Source: Orbicella franksi (Eukaryota). Taken from it: a DNA stretch of 64,000 nucleotides. Under the pieces are notes generated by a model, which worked only from the letters and a program-made list of their open reading frames with translations, did no database searches and was not told the DNA's origin. This document shows, piece after piece, positions 35,701-47,700 of this stretch (the stretch's first letter is position 1; every line of letters starts with the position of its first letter). The DNA is taken from contig OZ116700.1 in the NCBI GenBank assembly GCA_964199315.1, forward strand, positions 33,852,001-33,916,000, written 5' to 3'. The position numbers and the translations under genes are program-made.

Positions 35701-38700
35701 AATGCTCTCCTAAAATGAAAGTGATTAGATAATTATCAATGGAAGAAAAACGAAGGGTAAAATATGGCGACATTAAAATGGTTGTACTGACCAAATCTTT
35801 TAATTTTGACTCACATAAACTTATACATTGTGTTCTTGCTAACAACAATTTCGTTTTATATGCACTGTACTGTGACGGTCTCGTTCATTGAAGCAATTCT
35901 GTTGTGTTCTGTTCACAGTCAATGGTAACTATACGAACTGGTCAGTTTGGACTTCATGTTCGACCACTTGTGGTGTCGGGGTCAGAACTCGCAACAGAAC
36001 ATGCTCCAACCCAATGCCCCAGTTCAAAGGAAAATCATGCGAAGAACAGGGCTTGGGTCTACCAAATGAAGCTGAACATTGCTACATGCGACAGTGTGGA
36101 GGCAAGTGGAATCTAGACCTAGATTCGTCTTGGCGATTGCCGAATCTTTCTTTTTAATCTTATTTTTTAGTCTTATTTATTACACTGAGGAATAATCGCC
36201 TTTTTGTTGTATTCTGTTTAGAGAATTCATTGTTTATTATTTACTGTTTTATTGTTATTTTCCACAGTAAATGGTAACTACACGGAATGGACTGATTGGT
36301 CGACATGCTCGCATTCTTGTGGACCTGGGTTCATGCTTCGAAGTCGAACTTGTACCAATCCCCCTCCGTCCAACGGTGGATTTGACTGCACAAGACTGGG
36401 ACGACCTGTACAGAGCACTCAGTGTTACCTTGTGGACTGTCCAGGTAAAGAGAGAGGACCAGGACGGATTATACGGTTTCTTATTATCTTAGTGCTCTTT
36501 ATACCTTTTACTGTGTTTTCTGCTTTTTCAAGACTGTCATCCTTGTTGTTACAGCATCGCCCCACTTCACGAAGAATTTTACCGCTGGCCTCGCTTTAGC
36601 TTTTCCCCTTCCTAAAACTAAACGCTAACTAACATTGCTTTTCTGTAGTTGATGGGAATTACACAACATGGTCGAACTGGACCGCTTGTTCAGCGACCTG
36701 TGGCGAGGGAACCACAACAAGGACCCGCTCCTGCACCAACCCTCCGCCGCTCCATGGTGGCAAAGACTGCACTGAAATAGGCTCCAATATTGAGATTCAG
36801 CCCTGCAAGAATCAGGATTGCCTGGGTAAATTACAATTGTGAACGTTGTTTTATAGTGTGAACATACGTTTGTTGTATCGTGTAAGAATTATCAACCTTG
36901 TCTCCAAAAACATGACTGGTTTGCGGTTTTCGTCTAAACAGTAGGGAAGTAACATTATGTAACTATTTATACTGCGTCATGCTAGTGTAATCGCTCCTGG
37001 AGTACTCTTGAGTGATCCCATAATTTTGTGATGATGGAATAATTTCTTGATAAATTCCCTTCATCACGATATTTTTTTTATATATTGAGCGTGTAAGAAC
37101 GTGCAAGACAAATATAAAAACGTGGCGGAAAATTATCTAAATTCATTGGTAAAAAAAGTTTCGTCAAGTGCCTATCTTCCAAGGATTGAAAAAGCTAGCA
37201 GTTTTAGTGGCTTTGCCTAGATCTTTCATTTAACGTTCACTTGTTTTGATAACTGTCCGTCATTTGTTTATTGTATAAACTAATTTCTTATTTCCGATGT
37301 TTTAGTAAATGGAGACTACAGTGAATGGTCCAGCTGGAGTATTTGCAGCAAGACTTGTGGGCGCGGTTACAAGAAGCGAATCAGAGCCTGCAACAATCCG
37401 CTTCCTTCCAATGGCGGGAAAGATTGTTACGAGCAAGGACTGGGACCCAGTGAGGAACGCACTCATTGCTTTGAGCGATCTTGTCCACGTAAGTAAGCTC
37501 TTTGCTGTTATGGCGACGTATGTCGATTATCCAGTTTCTGACGGGTTTATTTTTTGATGTTATAGTGGACGGAAGCTACAATGATTGGTCAGCTTGGACC
37601 ACATGTTCAATGTCGTGTGGCGGCGGCGTGAAATTCAGACACAGAAATTGCACCAATCCAGCACCTATGCACGGGGGCCGAGACTGTTCTCTGATTGGCC
37701 CAGCTACCGAGAGTGACAGCTGTCATAGCGAACCGTGTCCAGGTAGGCGAATCGGTGACGTCACGGATTCTTCGCATCGCATGTTATTTGTATTCGTGTC
37801 AGTGAAGTTCTTGTAATCTTGATGTTTATACTTTATTTTTCTGTAGTTAACGGCATGTACGGTACATGGAGTCTGTGGAGCGAATGTGATCGAACCTGTG
37901 GGGGCGGTGCTCGAGTCAGGTCTCGCTCGTGTACCAACCCCCCTGCGCAGTTTGGTGGCTCCGATTGTTCTTCACTTGGACCTGACAAGGAGACGGAATT
38001 GTGTAACTTAAACAGCTGTCCTGGTAAGAAGTTTGTCTAGCGCTGAACTATTAAACTTACCGTAGTTTACTGAATGATTACTTTCTTTCTATAGTTAACG
38101 GAAACTTCAGTGAGTGGACTTTGTGGACGCCATGCTCAGTGACCTGTGGCCAGGGAATCATGACCAGAAAGAGGTTCTGTACCAATCCCCCTCCGACAGT
38201 TGGTGGAAAAGACTGTTCAGAGTTAGGACCTGATCATGAGAAAACCAGCTGTCAACTCGTCGACTGCAGAGGTAAATACTTTACATACATAGACTGATTG
38301 CACAAAGGACGGCAAATTGCAATAAAAATACATTAGAAAACTTAGCCTCGTGCTTATGTTGACAGACAGAGGATTTCTCTCATCAGTGCGCGGATAAGGT
38401 CCCGTCTACGTACACTACGCCAGAGGAATTTGAGAGGAATTTTAAATGCAAAATGATTCTTTATTGTTGCGCTTCCAGATTCCTCCTGCGTAGTGTGGAC
38501 GGGCCTAGGGCCTTCTAACGTAATGTTTTTCAAATGCTGCGCCATTTTGATTTATGAAATCATTCCATTGCCGGATGTATTCGTGTTCCCAGGCTAGCTT
38601 AACTTACCACGTCACGTGCTCTCGCATGTGTCCTCAATGTAATCTCATTAACTGTTATGTTTGTGATCTGCAGCTAACTGCACATGTGGCACGTGGACTA

Positions 38701-41700
38701 AGTGGTCTGATTGTTCTCACTCATGCGGAGGCGGCCTGCAGCACCGCGAGAGAGACTGTGTACCACCCAAATACCAGAGAGACATGTCATGCGAGAACGA
38801 TAAGAAAGAAAGCAGGCTCTGCCGATCAGAACCATGTCCGAGTAAGTCAAAACCTTTAAATGGTCAAAACCTTTAATTATTTCCTTTACCTTGTAGCCGA
38901 GCAGCTCTTTAGAGACTAATTCTCCGATCAGTCATTTGATTCACTCATCTGTTTATTGACTGATGAAAAATTAAACTCCTCTATCATCAGTTGACGGCAA
39001 ATTCAGTGACTGGACTCCATGGTCACCGTGTTCAGTCACGTGTGGAATTGGAATGAAGAACAGAACACGCTCGTGCATGTCACCTGAACCACAGTTTGGC
39101 GGGAAATCTTGCACGGAGCAGGCACTGGGACCAAGTATGGAGGCGACTCAGTGCTATCTGACGCCGTGTCCAGGTACGTGACAACCACGCCAAACACAAC
39201 GGCAGTCATCATAAAAGCACTGACGAAATGCAAAAGCAACGCTATCGATACCGATTAAAACAGGGGTAGTTTGCTCTTCGGAAATCTTGGGAGTTTGATT
39301 TTGGAAGATATTTTGTGATTTCAACTTCGAACAAGACCAGTTCTCAGTCTGCTATCTTGAAGATTTAAATTGATCTTTCATTCTCACCACGTGCTCGAAT
39401 TGTAACAGTCTCAAATGCATCTCCTCGGCAACAGACAAGTGGCCAGCCGTCCACCCGTGGGATATTTAACAACTTGAGCATCACTTAACCAAATGGCTTT
39501 CTTCATTCGCTTTTCTACCTAGCTTAGCGGTGAAAGATTCATCGGAAGCTAAGATTTCTTACTGATGCCGTTGGCGTTTTATCATATTATCATCAATTGC
39601 TAACTAATACTTTCACGTCATAGTGAATGGTGGTTACACTGAGTGGAATGGATGGACGCCATGTTCGGTCACGTGTGGTAGAGGCATCAAAAAGAGGCAG
39701 AGGTTCTGCACCAATCCCGAGCCGGCCTATGGCGGTGTCGCCTGTGGACACTTGGGATCTGGGGAGGAAGTTGTGCAGTGCTATGACGTGAACTGTCCTG
39801 GTGAGTACTTAGTTGATTGACAGCTATTAGCCAGTTGATTGATAGGTGTCAAATTGTTAAGTGGCAGAGCAGTCAATTGTCAAGCGTCACTACAAATTGA
39901 TGTCTCAACCACATTGTCTTTGTTTTTTGTAGTCGATGGTAAGTACAGCCCGTGGTCTCAGTGGTCAGCGTGCTCCAAATCCTGTGGCTACGGGATTCAG
40001 ACAAGAAAACGTACCTGCACAAACCCAGAACCACAACATGGCGGCCGTGACTGTACTGACCTGGGAGATCCAGAGCACATTCGACCGTGCCAAGTTATAC
40101 AGTGCCCCAGTAAGTGCTTGTTACAGTTTCTAAAAAACTGACGCGAGTGTAAACCTAGCATGCATAGCGAGTTCTCTTACTTTTAAGTTTAACTGGACCA
40201 GAAATGTTAGGTTTGTTCATGCAGTAAACGAGGACCAGCCATACAAGCTGCTCAGTATAAAACTGATTAGAAGCCAGACTTAGATATATGACGGTAGACT
40301 CGGTAGAAAAATGCTTCACATGCGCAAGAAAGTTAGAAAAGGAGAGTACTGTGGAAAATCTTAATCGTAGCTTTGAGAGGTTAAAAATACACTGACCAAG
40401 ATCATAGGAATCCCACCAAATAGTTTTTAGCCTAAATATTGATGTGATTGTTTTGAAAAACAAACGAGGAGTGCTTCTGTTCTTTGCCTGTAAGCGATGA
40501 CAATTGCGTGTTGTTTTGAATTGTTTTCACTACCCTTCCTAGTTCACGGAAACTACTCTGTGTGGTCCAACTGGGGCACGTGTTCAACGTCCTGTGGGCC
40601 TGGGGTCAAAAAGCGTACCCGTACATGCACCAACCCTGAACCAGAATACGGCGGGCTCACATGTAGAGAGAGGGACCTGGGACCTAACATGGAGCCTGCG
40701 AACTGCAATCTTGGAACTTGCCCAGGTGAGTGTTTCTTTCGTTTTTACAATAAAATGGTCATCTAATTATTCAAAAGCCTTTCTTGGCAATACGTGAGTA
40801 ACGAGGATTGACATTGTTCTTCTCTTACCAGTGAATGGGGTTTGGGGCCCATGGTCTATGTGGTCAGCCTGTACGACCAGTTGCGGCCCAGGGACTAGGG
40901 AGAGGAAACGATCGTGCAATAGTCCTGCTCCTCAATTTGGCGGCAAGCCTTGCAGTGGCTCCGAGAGACAAGTTGGAGACTGCAGTTACAGGCCGTGTCC
41001 AGGTAAAGAATATCGCAGTTTCGAAAGTGCTCTTGTGCTTGTTAATCCAGACTAATCCAGGAAGCTTTGCTAATGAAGTTCGATCAAGTAGAGAGTGGAA
41101 TTTTTTTAAAATGAAAATGAAATGTATACTTAAGCCAATCGTGACGTAACTCGGCACGCCTTGTTTCCTCCCGCTTGTTATCTGCGACCGATTTCGATTT
41201 TCCCCGCGGTTTACTATTCCCACGCTTGCCACCATCTGTTGTTGATTTTTCTTCCGCGTTTATCACGGATTATAGGTTTTCCCGCCCTTTCTGCTGGGCT
41301 GGAATACGCTATTAATATCAGTTCAGTTCAGCTTACTTCGCTAGCTTTCGAATTAACGACTTCTGGTGTTGTTTAGCTGGTCTTAAGTTTTATCGAAAAT
41401 CGTTATGTTACCTCGCTCCTATTTTGTGCTCTCTCCCTCAGTGGATGGTAATTACACGGAATGGACTCCCTGGACTGTCTGTGATAAGACTTGTGGTGTT
41501 GGTCTCATGACACGCTGGCGCGCATGCTCAAACCCAGCGCCTCAGTTTGGCGGCCGGGATTGTTCACTGTTTGGTTCTGACACCGAGACAAAGACATGCG
41601 AAGTGAAGGATTACTGCCCAGGTAAGTGATAAACTTGATATCGCCCGTTCAGTCGGACGAAATACATGTATATGCTTTAAGTTAGTCAAAATCTACGTTT

Positions 41701-44700
41701 AAAAAGTATTGAGCTCACGTTTTTAGCCAGAAGTTGCTACGTAACACAGCAATTTTTTTTATAACAATACGACTCATAGTGTATTCCCGAATACGTAGTC
41801 ACTCTCGGAAGAGTAAACCTACCACGAGGCCTTATCTTATTTACCGTAGAAAATATAGATGAAACGTTTTGTGCATAAATACGATTTCAACTGATACAAA
41901 GACTTCCCTGTAAAAATATTCACCCGCTTTCTTTTTCGTTTCGATTTTAGTTGATGGAAACTGGGGCGAGTGGTCATCCTGGAGCGCTTGCACCAAATCT
42001 TGTGGGGTTGGTGTAAGAATGCGAGTGAGGTCCTGCGATAATCCGCCTCCTTCAAAGGAGGGCAGAGACTGTGTGGGACATAACACCCAGAAAGTTGACT
42101 GCAAATCAGGAGACTGCTGTAAGTACTAGAGGACAAAAAGCAGCTTCAATCTTGATAATCTTCTTGTGTCAGAGGAACAAGGCAGCGTGGCCGAATGGTT
42201 AGGGCGCTGGGCTTGAAATCCGGAGGTTGCGGGCTCAAGTCCAGCTTTGACCATTAAACTAGAGTTGTTTCTCAGTAGACCCTATATCTACTTCACGTTC
42301 ATGCTTGTAAATAGCCAACTGGTCTGTCTTCCGCCAGTTGGCATTTTTAAGCCTATTGTGTTTATTTCAAATATTTCTTTATTTCAGTTTAAGTGGCATG
42401 CCTGAGAAGTAGCTAGGTGTAGCTAAACGCATCGACCATTATAAACATTCAACATTTAACAATTTTTAAGATTTTAATCGAATTCCCCCATTCTATCCAT
42501 TTTTCGTTGAAATCTGTAGTTCTGTTTCAATCTTATTTAATATGGATCATCTGTATTCTGAGAGTTCTCGTTATCCCTTTGTTTTGGAGATTTCTCTACT
42601 GTTTATGAACCATCGGCACATTTTTCCGAGTCAGCGGTATCTCCCTCGTTTAATAGCTCTTTGCTCTTCAGATTTTTTGTGGTCTGTCGCGTTGTAAGGC
42701 GCTACACTAGCAAAACTGTTTTATCGCGAAAAACAAAAACCTGACCTGTAAAAACTCCATCATCCAAAGCAGGGCGTGTCTTACCTTTTGAATGGTTTCT
42801 CTTCTTTGCAGGTTCCGTACCCATGAGGCCACTCGGTTGCTTTGTAGACAACAAATCGCCCAACCGACCTCTACCCGAGCTCATTTTCACCGATAATGAC
42901 CTCGAGAGCACTGTGTACAGCGGTGTTAGCGTGCAGGCTGATGATTGGGAAACTTATATGCCAGACTTAGTCTGCAGGTCAGTGACTCTCTCCATTCCTC
43001 CTCTCCAATTTTGTTTCAGTTCAGTGCATTAACTTTAAGGAAATCATCTCTTCTAAAAGCCCCTAGTCAGGACTCGAACCCAGACCACTCGATCTGGAGT
43101 TGAGCGTCTTTTAGGAAGGGTTCTCCCTCGGGATTATGTGTCAATACAAAATAACCTATTTGATGATTTTCCATATTCTCATCACCTGTCATTGTGATAA
43201 TACATTGCTGCTGTGATCATACGCCTTCAATTTTTCCTAGGTGCGCTAAGGCGGCGTCGATGAAGAACTACTCTCACTTTGGTATCCAAGGTTACGGGGA
43301 ATGCTGGTCAGGACCCAACGCTGCCAAAACGTTTTCACGTGACGGCGTGCAGAACAGATTCACTCAGCGACCCTCGCCAAAGCCCTGGGTCGGCTGTGTT
43401 GGAGAGGGATTTGAGAGATGTCGAGGTGGAAACGACCAGTGTGTGGGCCAAGAGAAAAGCAACTTTGTTTACGCGTTTGTCAATGGTGAGTAGTTTGGAA
43501 GAATATCGTACGTGTATATTGTAAACGATGGGAAAATTGAACTGAGAAAAGCAAGTGACGTTTCCTTATTGAAACACTTTTAGTTATTTTAATATTAGCC
43601 GCACAGTACTTGTAGAGCGGTTTTCATTTGAGTGTCGAAAAGTAATTGGTTTTCCATTACTGCGCTACACGATTGGCTTAAAAAAAAACCCACGCCACTT
43701 TTTCATCCAATCAGAAGTAAGCCAAAACCAATCGTGTCTCGTTCGCACACGTTTTCCCGCGCTTTGCGTCAGCTACGTATAATTACTAACAGTTTTGATT
43801 GGTTTACGGTTTTGTCTGTGTCTTTTGTGATTGGCTAGCTAGAGTGATTACTTTGGTTTTGGTTTTATGACACTCAGTTCAAGAAAACCGCTCTATTGTA
43901 CAAATGGAGGTAATTCTTAGAATGAACTCTGTAGCATTTTTAGTTGCTGAAGTAATCTCTTTGCAAGCGTTAGCCCTAAGTTGGGAAATGTCGCCACACG
44001 AGGCACGAAAATACTTTTGACCTCGAGGAAAATTCGAACTTAGCTGCGAAGCCAGGTGGGAGTAAGTTGTGGATTATCTCGTGGTAATTATCTGCAAAGT
44101 AGAAGTGAAGGGTACAATTGCAATTCAGTTCTTATACATTTCCAAATGTGGTCTCTTTATAGGGAAACCAATCAATGGAAACTATGGTCCTTGGTCTGCT
44201 TGGACGCTGTGCTCCAAATCATGTGGTGGCGGCGTGAGATCACGAGTCAGGAACTGTACCAATCCAGCCCCTGCGTTCGGTGGCATGGATTGTTCTGCGC
44301 TGGGAGAGCCGCAGGAAAGCGAGCCTTGTAAGACGAGGCAAATTTGTCCAGGTCAGTGTTGCTTTTATTACTCCTTATAACTCGAATAGATCTCTCGTAC
44401 TTTGGTCAGTTGCGGACCTCATTCAGTGTACATCTCAGTTGTCTGTTTTGAATTACCTCGGGAGAGGGAGTGCTAAGGTTTAAGCAAGTGAAGATCTTTC
44501 TTTCGCATTTCGGCCATATGTTCGTTTCCTCAAGTCTGTAGCCAACTGCTCTTTGTTACTTCATGGATGGGGCGTACGTTGAAGAATTGAATCGTTTGTA
44601 ATGCTCGTCAGTCTTGGCGATCGTTTGTCTAGTTTGGTTTATTGTTTTCTTTTGGTTGCTTTTCTACCTAATAATAATTTTGACTCGTCTTTGTTTATTT

Positions 44701-47700
44701 TAGTTGATGGCGCATGGAGCGCATGGGGCAACTGGACCGCGTGTTCAGAGACCTGCAGCAAAGGAGTGCAGCATAGAAGACGACTCTGTAACAGTCCCGC
44801 GCCGTCTAATGGTGGCCATATGTGCCTGGGACCGGCAAATCAAAGCTTGTCTTGTAACCAAGGCGACTGTCCAGGTAAGTTAAGGAGGCCATTTGTAATT
44901 TGTAAGAAAGAAAATATATGACTGTTAGACTAATTCTCATTAGAGAGATTTTGGACCGAGTTTCCGCGTGATTGAACCATTGCTCGGAATTTACGACTTC
45001 GAATTTTTCCCCATGAAACGGAGTCATCTTGGCATTGAAAATTACCTCTGGGCGCTAATGAACGCGAACTAGCCATGAAAAAAAAAAATGATACAAACAA
45101 ACAAACAATCAAAAATACTTAAAAAGGGTATTCAGTTTGGAAAGTAATGATCCACTTTATTTCCAGTGAACGGCAGTTGGTCAGCGTGGAGTTCGTGGCA
45201 AGCATGCTCCGCCACATGTGGTGATGGACTACAGATCAGGACTCGAGTCTGTGACCATCCTTCTCCTGTTAATGGTGGTTATTCTTGTGAAGGAGACGCG
45301 ACTGAGGTGAAGCCTTGCACAGTACGGAGATGTCGTAAGTTGACGCGTTGCTATACAGTGTAGTGTGACATATAGATAATAACATGCGTGACACTTGTTC
45401 TGGGCGCTGTTCTAATGCATTGTAACGCAATAGAACAATGTGGAAAGGATGTAAGGAACCTAAGTGTCACAGTGTTAGAAACATGATTAACCCCAGAAAA
45501 TTGGCTTAGCTAAAACTGAAAAAATGGTGTTACGATGAATATAATTTCGCCGTGATGAGAAGGGATGTACCAACCTAAATCCACTAAATATGGCGTCAAA
45601 GAAACTATCGGTCCATATCTACTTCTTCATATACGAATACGATATATAGAAATAAACAAATCAGCAATTAGGGAATATTGTCTTGATGTATCACTGCATT
45701 CTCAGAACTAACACTAACGGAAATATCTGGTAGTCACCAAGGAGAATCTATATTTTGATCTTGGGACAGAAACGTTAAAATTGTATGTTCTCATTGAATT
45801 GCAGCCATCAATGGAAACTACTCTGATTGGTCGGACTGGTCTGAGTGCAGCAGAACATGCAGCGGAGGCATTAAAAGGAGGACACGCGAATGTACCAACC
45901 CCAGTCCCCTGTACGGCGGAAAGGACTGTAAGGAGATTGGGTCTGCATTTGAGAAAGTTCATTGTAATCCACAATCCTGTCCAGGTATGACTTGAGAATT
46001 GTTCTGACAACGTGTGTTTTCTAATGGTAGGAAAATAGAAAAAGCGTTTTGCACGAATTGAGATACTTTTTCAAAGTTTGAGAAAACCAGGTTTAAAATT
46101 CGCTACATCTTGACCTCTTTCTGTATGGCTCGTTCAGCTCAAAATGACATGATCTTGTGAAAATGCTTGCGACTGGTTTTAAGTGAAAATGCCTTCGATA
46201 TTTTTTATTCCTTTTTTTTAGTTTTGTCTCATAGACTGCCTTTTGAGATCTAACAAATGCCAATATGTAATGATTTCGAAATTAGTCAAGGTATTTCAAC
46301 AGTCGTCACCGGCTTCTGTTTTTTAGTACTTAGTTTCTCTCGACTTTTGCAGTTCACGGGAACTGGGGCTCATGGAACATGTGGAGCTTCTGCTCAGTCA
46401 AGTGCGGCCCTGGTAAGAGGGAACGCATGCGCAAATGTGACAACCCGCCGCCCAAATTTGGAGGAGAAAGCTGCGTGGGCTCAGACAGACAAACCATGCC
46501 TTGTAGTTTGTCAGATTGCCCGGGTAAGTCCGGTAATCTTAAAATAAGTAGGAAACGTAAAGAATACCAAGGTGACAGTTCCTTAAGGGTAGGCCATAAC
46601 TTTTTTTATTTGACCTAGCAAATATTAGTAAATGTTAATGTTGGTTTTGTTTGTTAATTTAAAGTATTTTTTATGTAGTTGATGGCAAGTGGGGTCTGTG
46701 GTCTCCGTGGACTGCGTGTTCCGCCACATGCGGTGCCGCTAAACGTTCAAGAACTCGCGAGTGTGACCATCCTCCAGCCGCGCATGGAGGAAAAACGTGC
46801 GAGGGGCCTGAGAAACAGGAGGAATACTGTAAACTGCAGCCATGTCTAGGTCAGTGTTAAGGTGTTTTTGATGAACGACTATCCTTGCAGAAATATCTTA
46901 GACATAACAAATGCATGTAAATGGTTTCGACCCGTTGGCTCAAAAATAAGTTAAATAACGTAACTTTCTGACGGGGTTTTATTAACTTTTGTGTTCTCGT
47001 CCTCTGCGGGGCTGGAGTTGTGACTCTTCAAGAAAAACTAAGGCACAATTACAAACCCCTTTAAACGGAGTTACAATTTTGAGTTTGCATTTCCTGTAAT
47101 GATAAAAGTGCTCTTTATTGAAGAAGTGAGGATTGGATCGGAAGAGGGTAGTGGGGGTAGGGGGTAGGGTAGTGTTTTGTTACCAGATTGATTGGGTCCT
47201 AGCCAGGTCGGCAGCCAGGTCGGCAGCCAGGTCGGCAGCCAGGTCGGCAGCCAGGTCTCTTAGCAGCCGGTCATACAATTATGAAATCCCGGAGATCGAT
47301 CAGCTTTTCTGACATTCTTTCGATTTTCAGTTAATGGCGGCTACACAAACTGGGGTAGATGGACCGAGTGTGACGTCACATGCGGTGGTGGTCATCGACA
47401 ACGGTCACGTGCCTGTACCAATCCTGTGCCTGAGTATGGTGGGCTGAATTGTACGTACTTGGGAGACACTGTACAGTCTGATGTGTGTAACACCAGGCCT
47501 TGTGCACGTGAGTATTTCAGAGAGGGTCGATACCATCATTGGTGTTTCATTGGTGTTTAATACCAGAGCGTGACTGCTGATAATATTGTTCACTGAAGCA
47601 TAACATAGCGTGATAGCAACACCTACCAAAAAGTGACTATCCCTTACAATACGAAACGCTTAGTCAGATTCAGCGCAACTTGTATCTTCTGATATTAAAG

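Noticed and set aside
47201-47257. Short direct repeats (also 15609-15833) as a CRISPR-like array
   Set aside because: Head-to-tail tandem units without spacers, in a eukaryotic intron or exon, and no cas genes.
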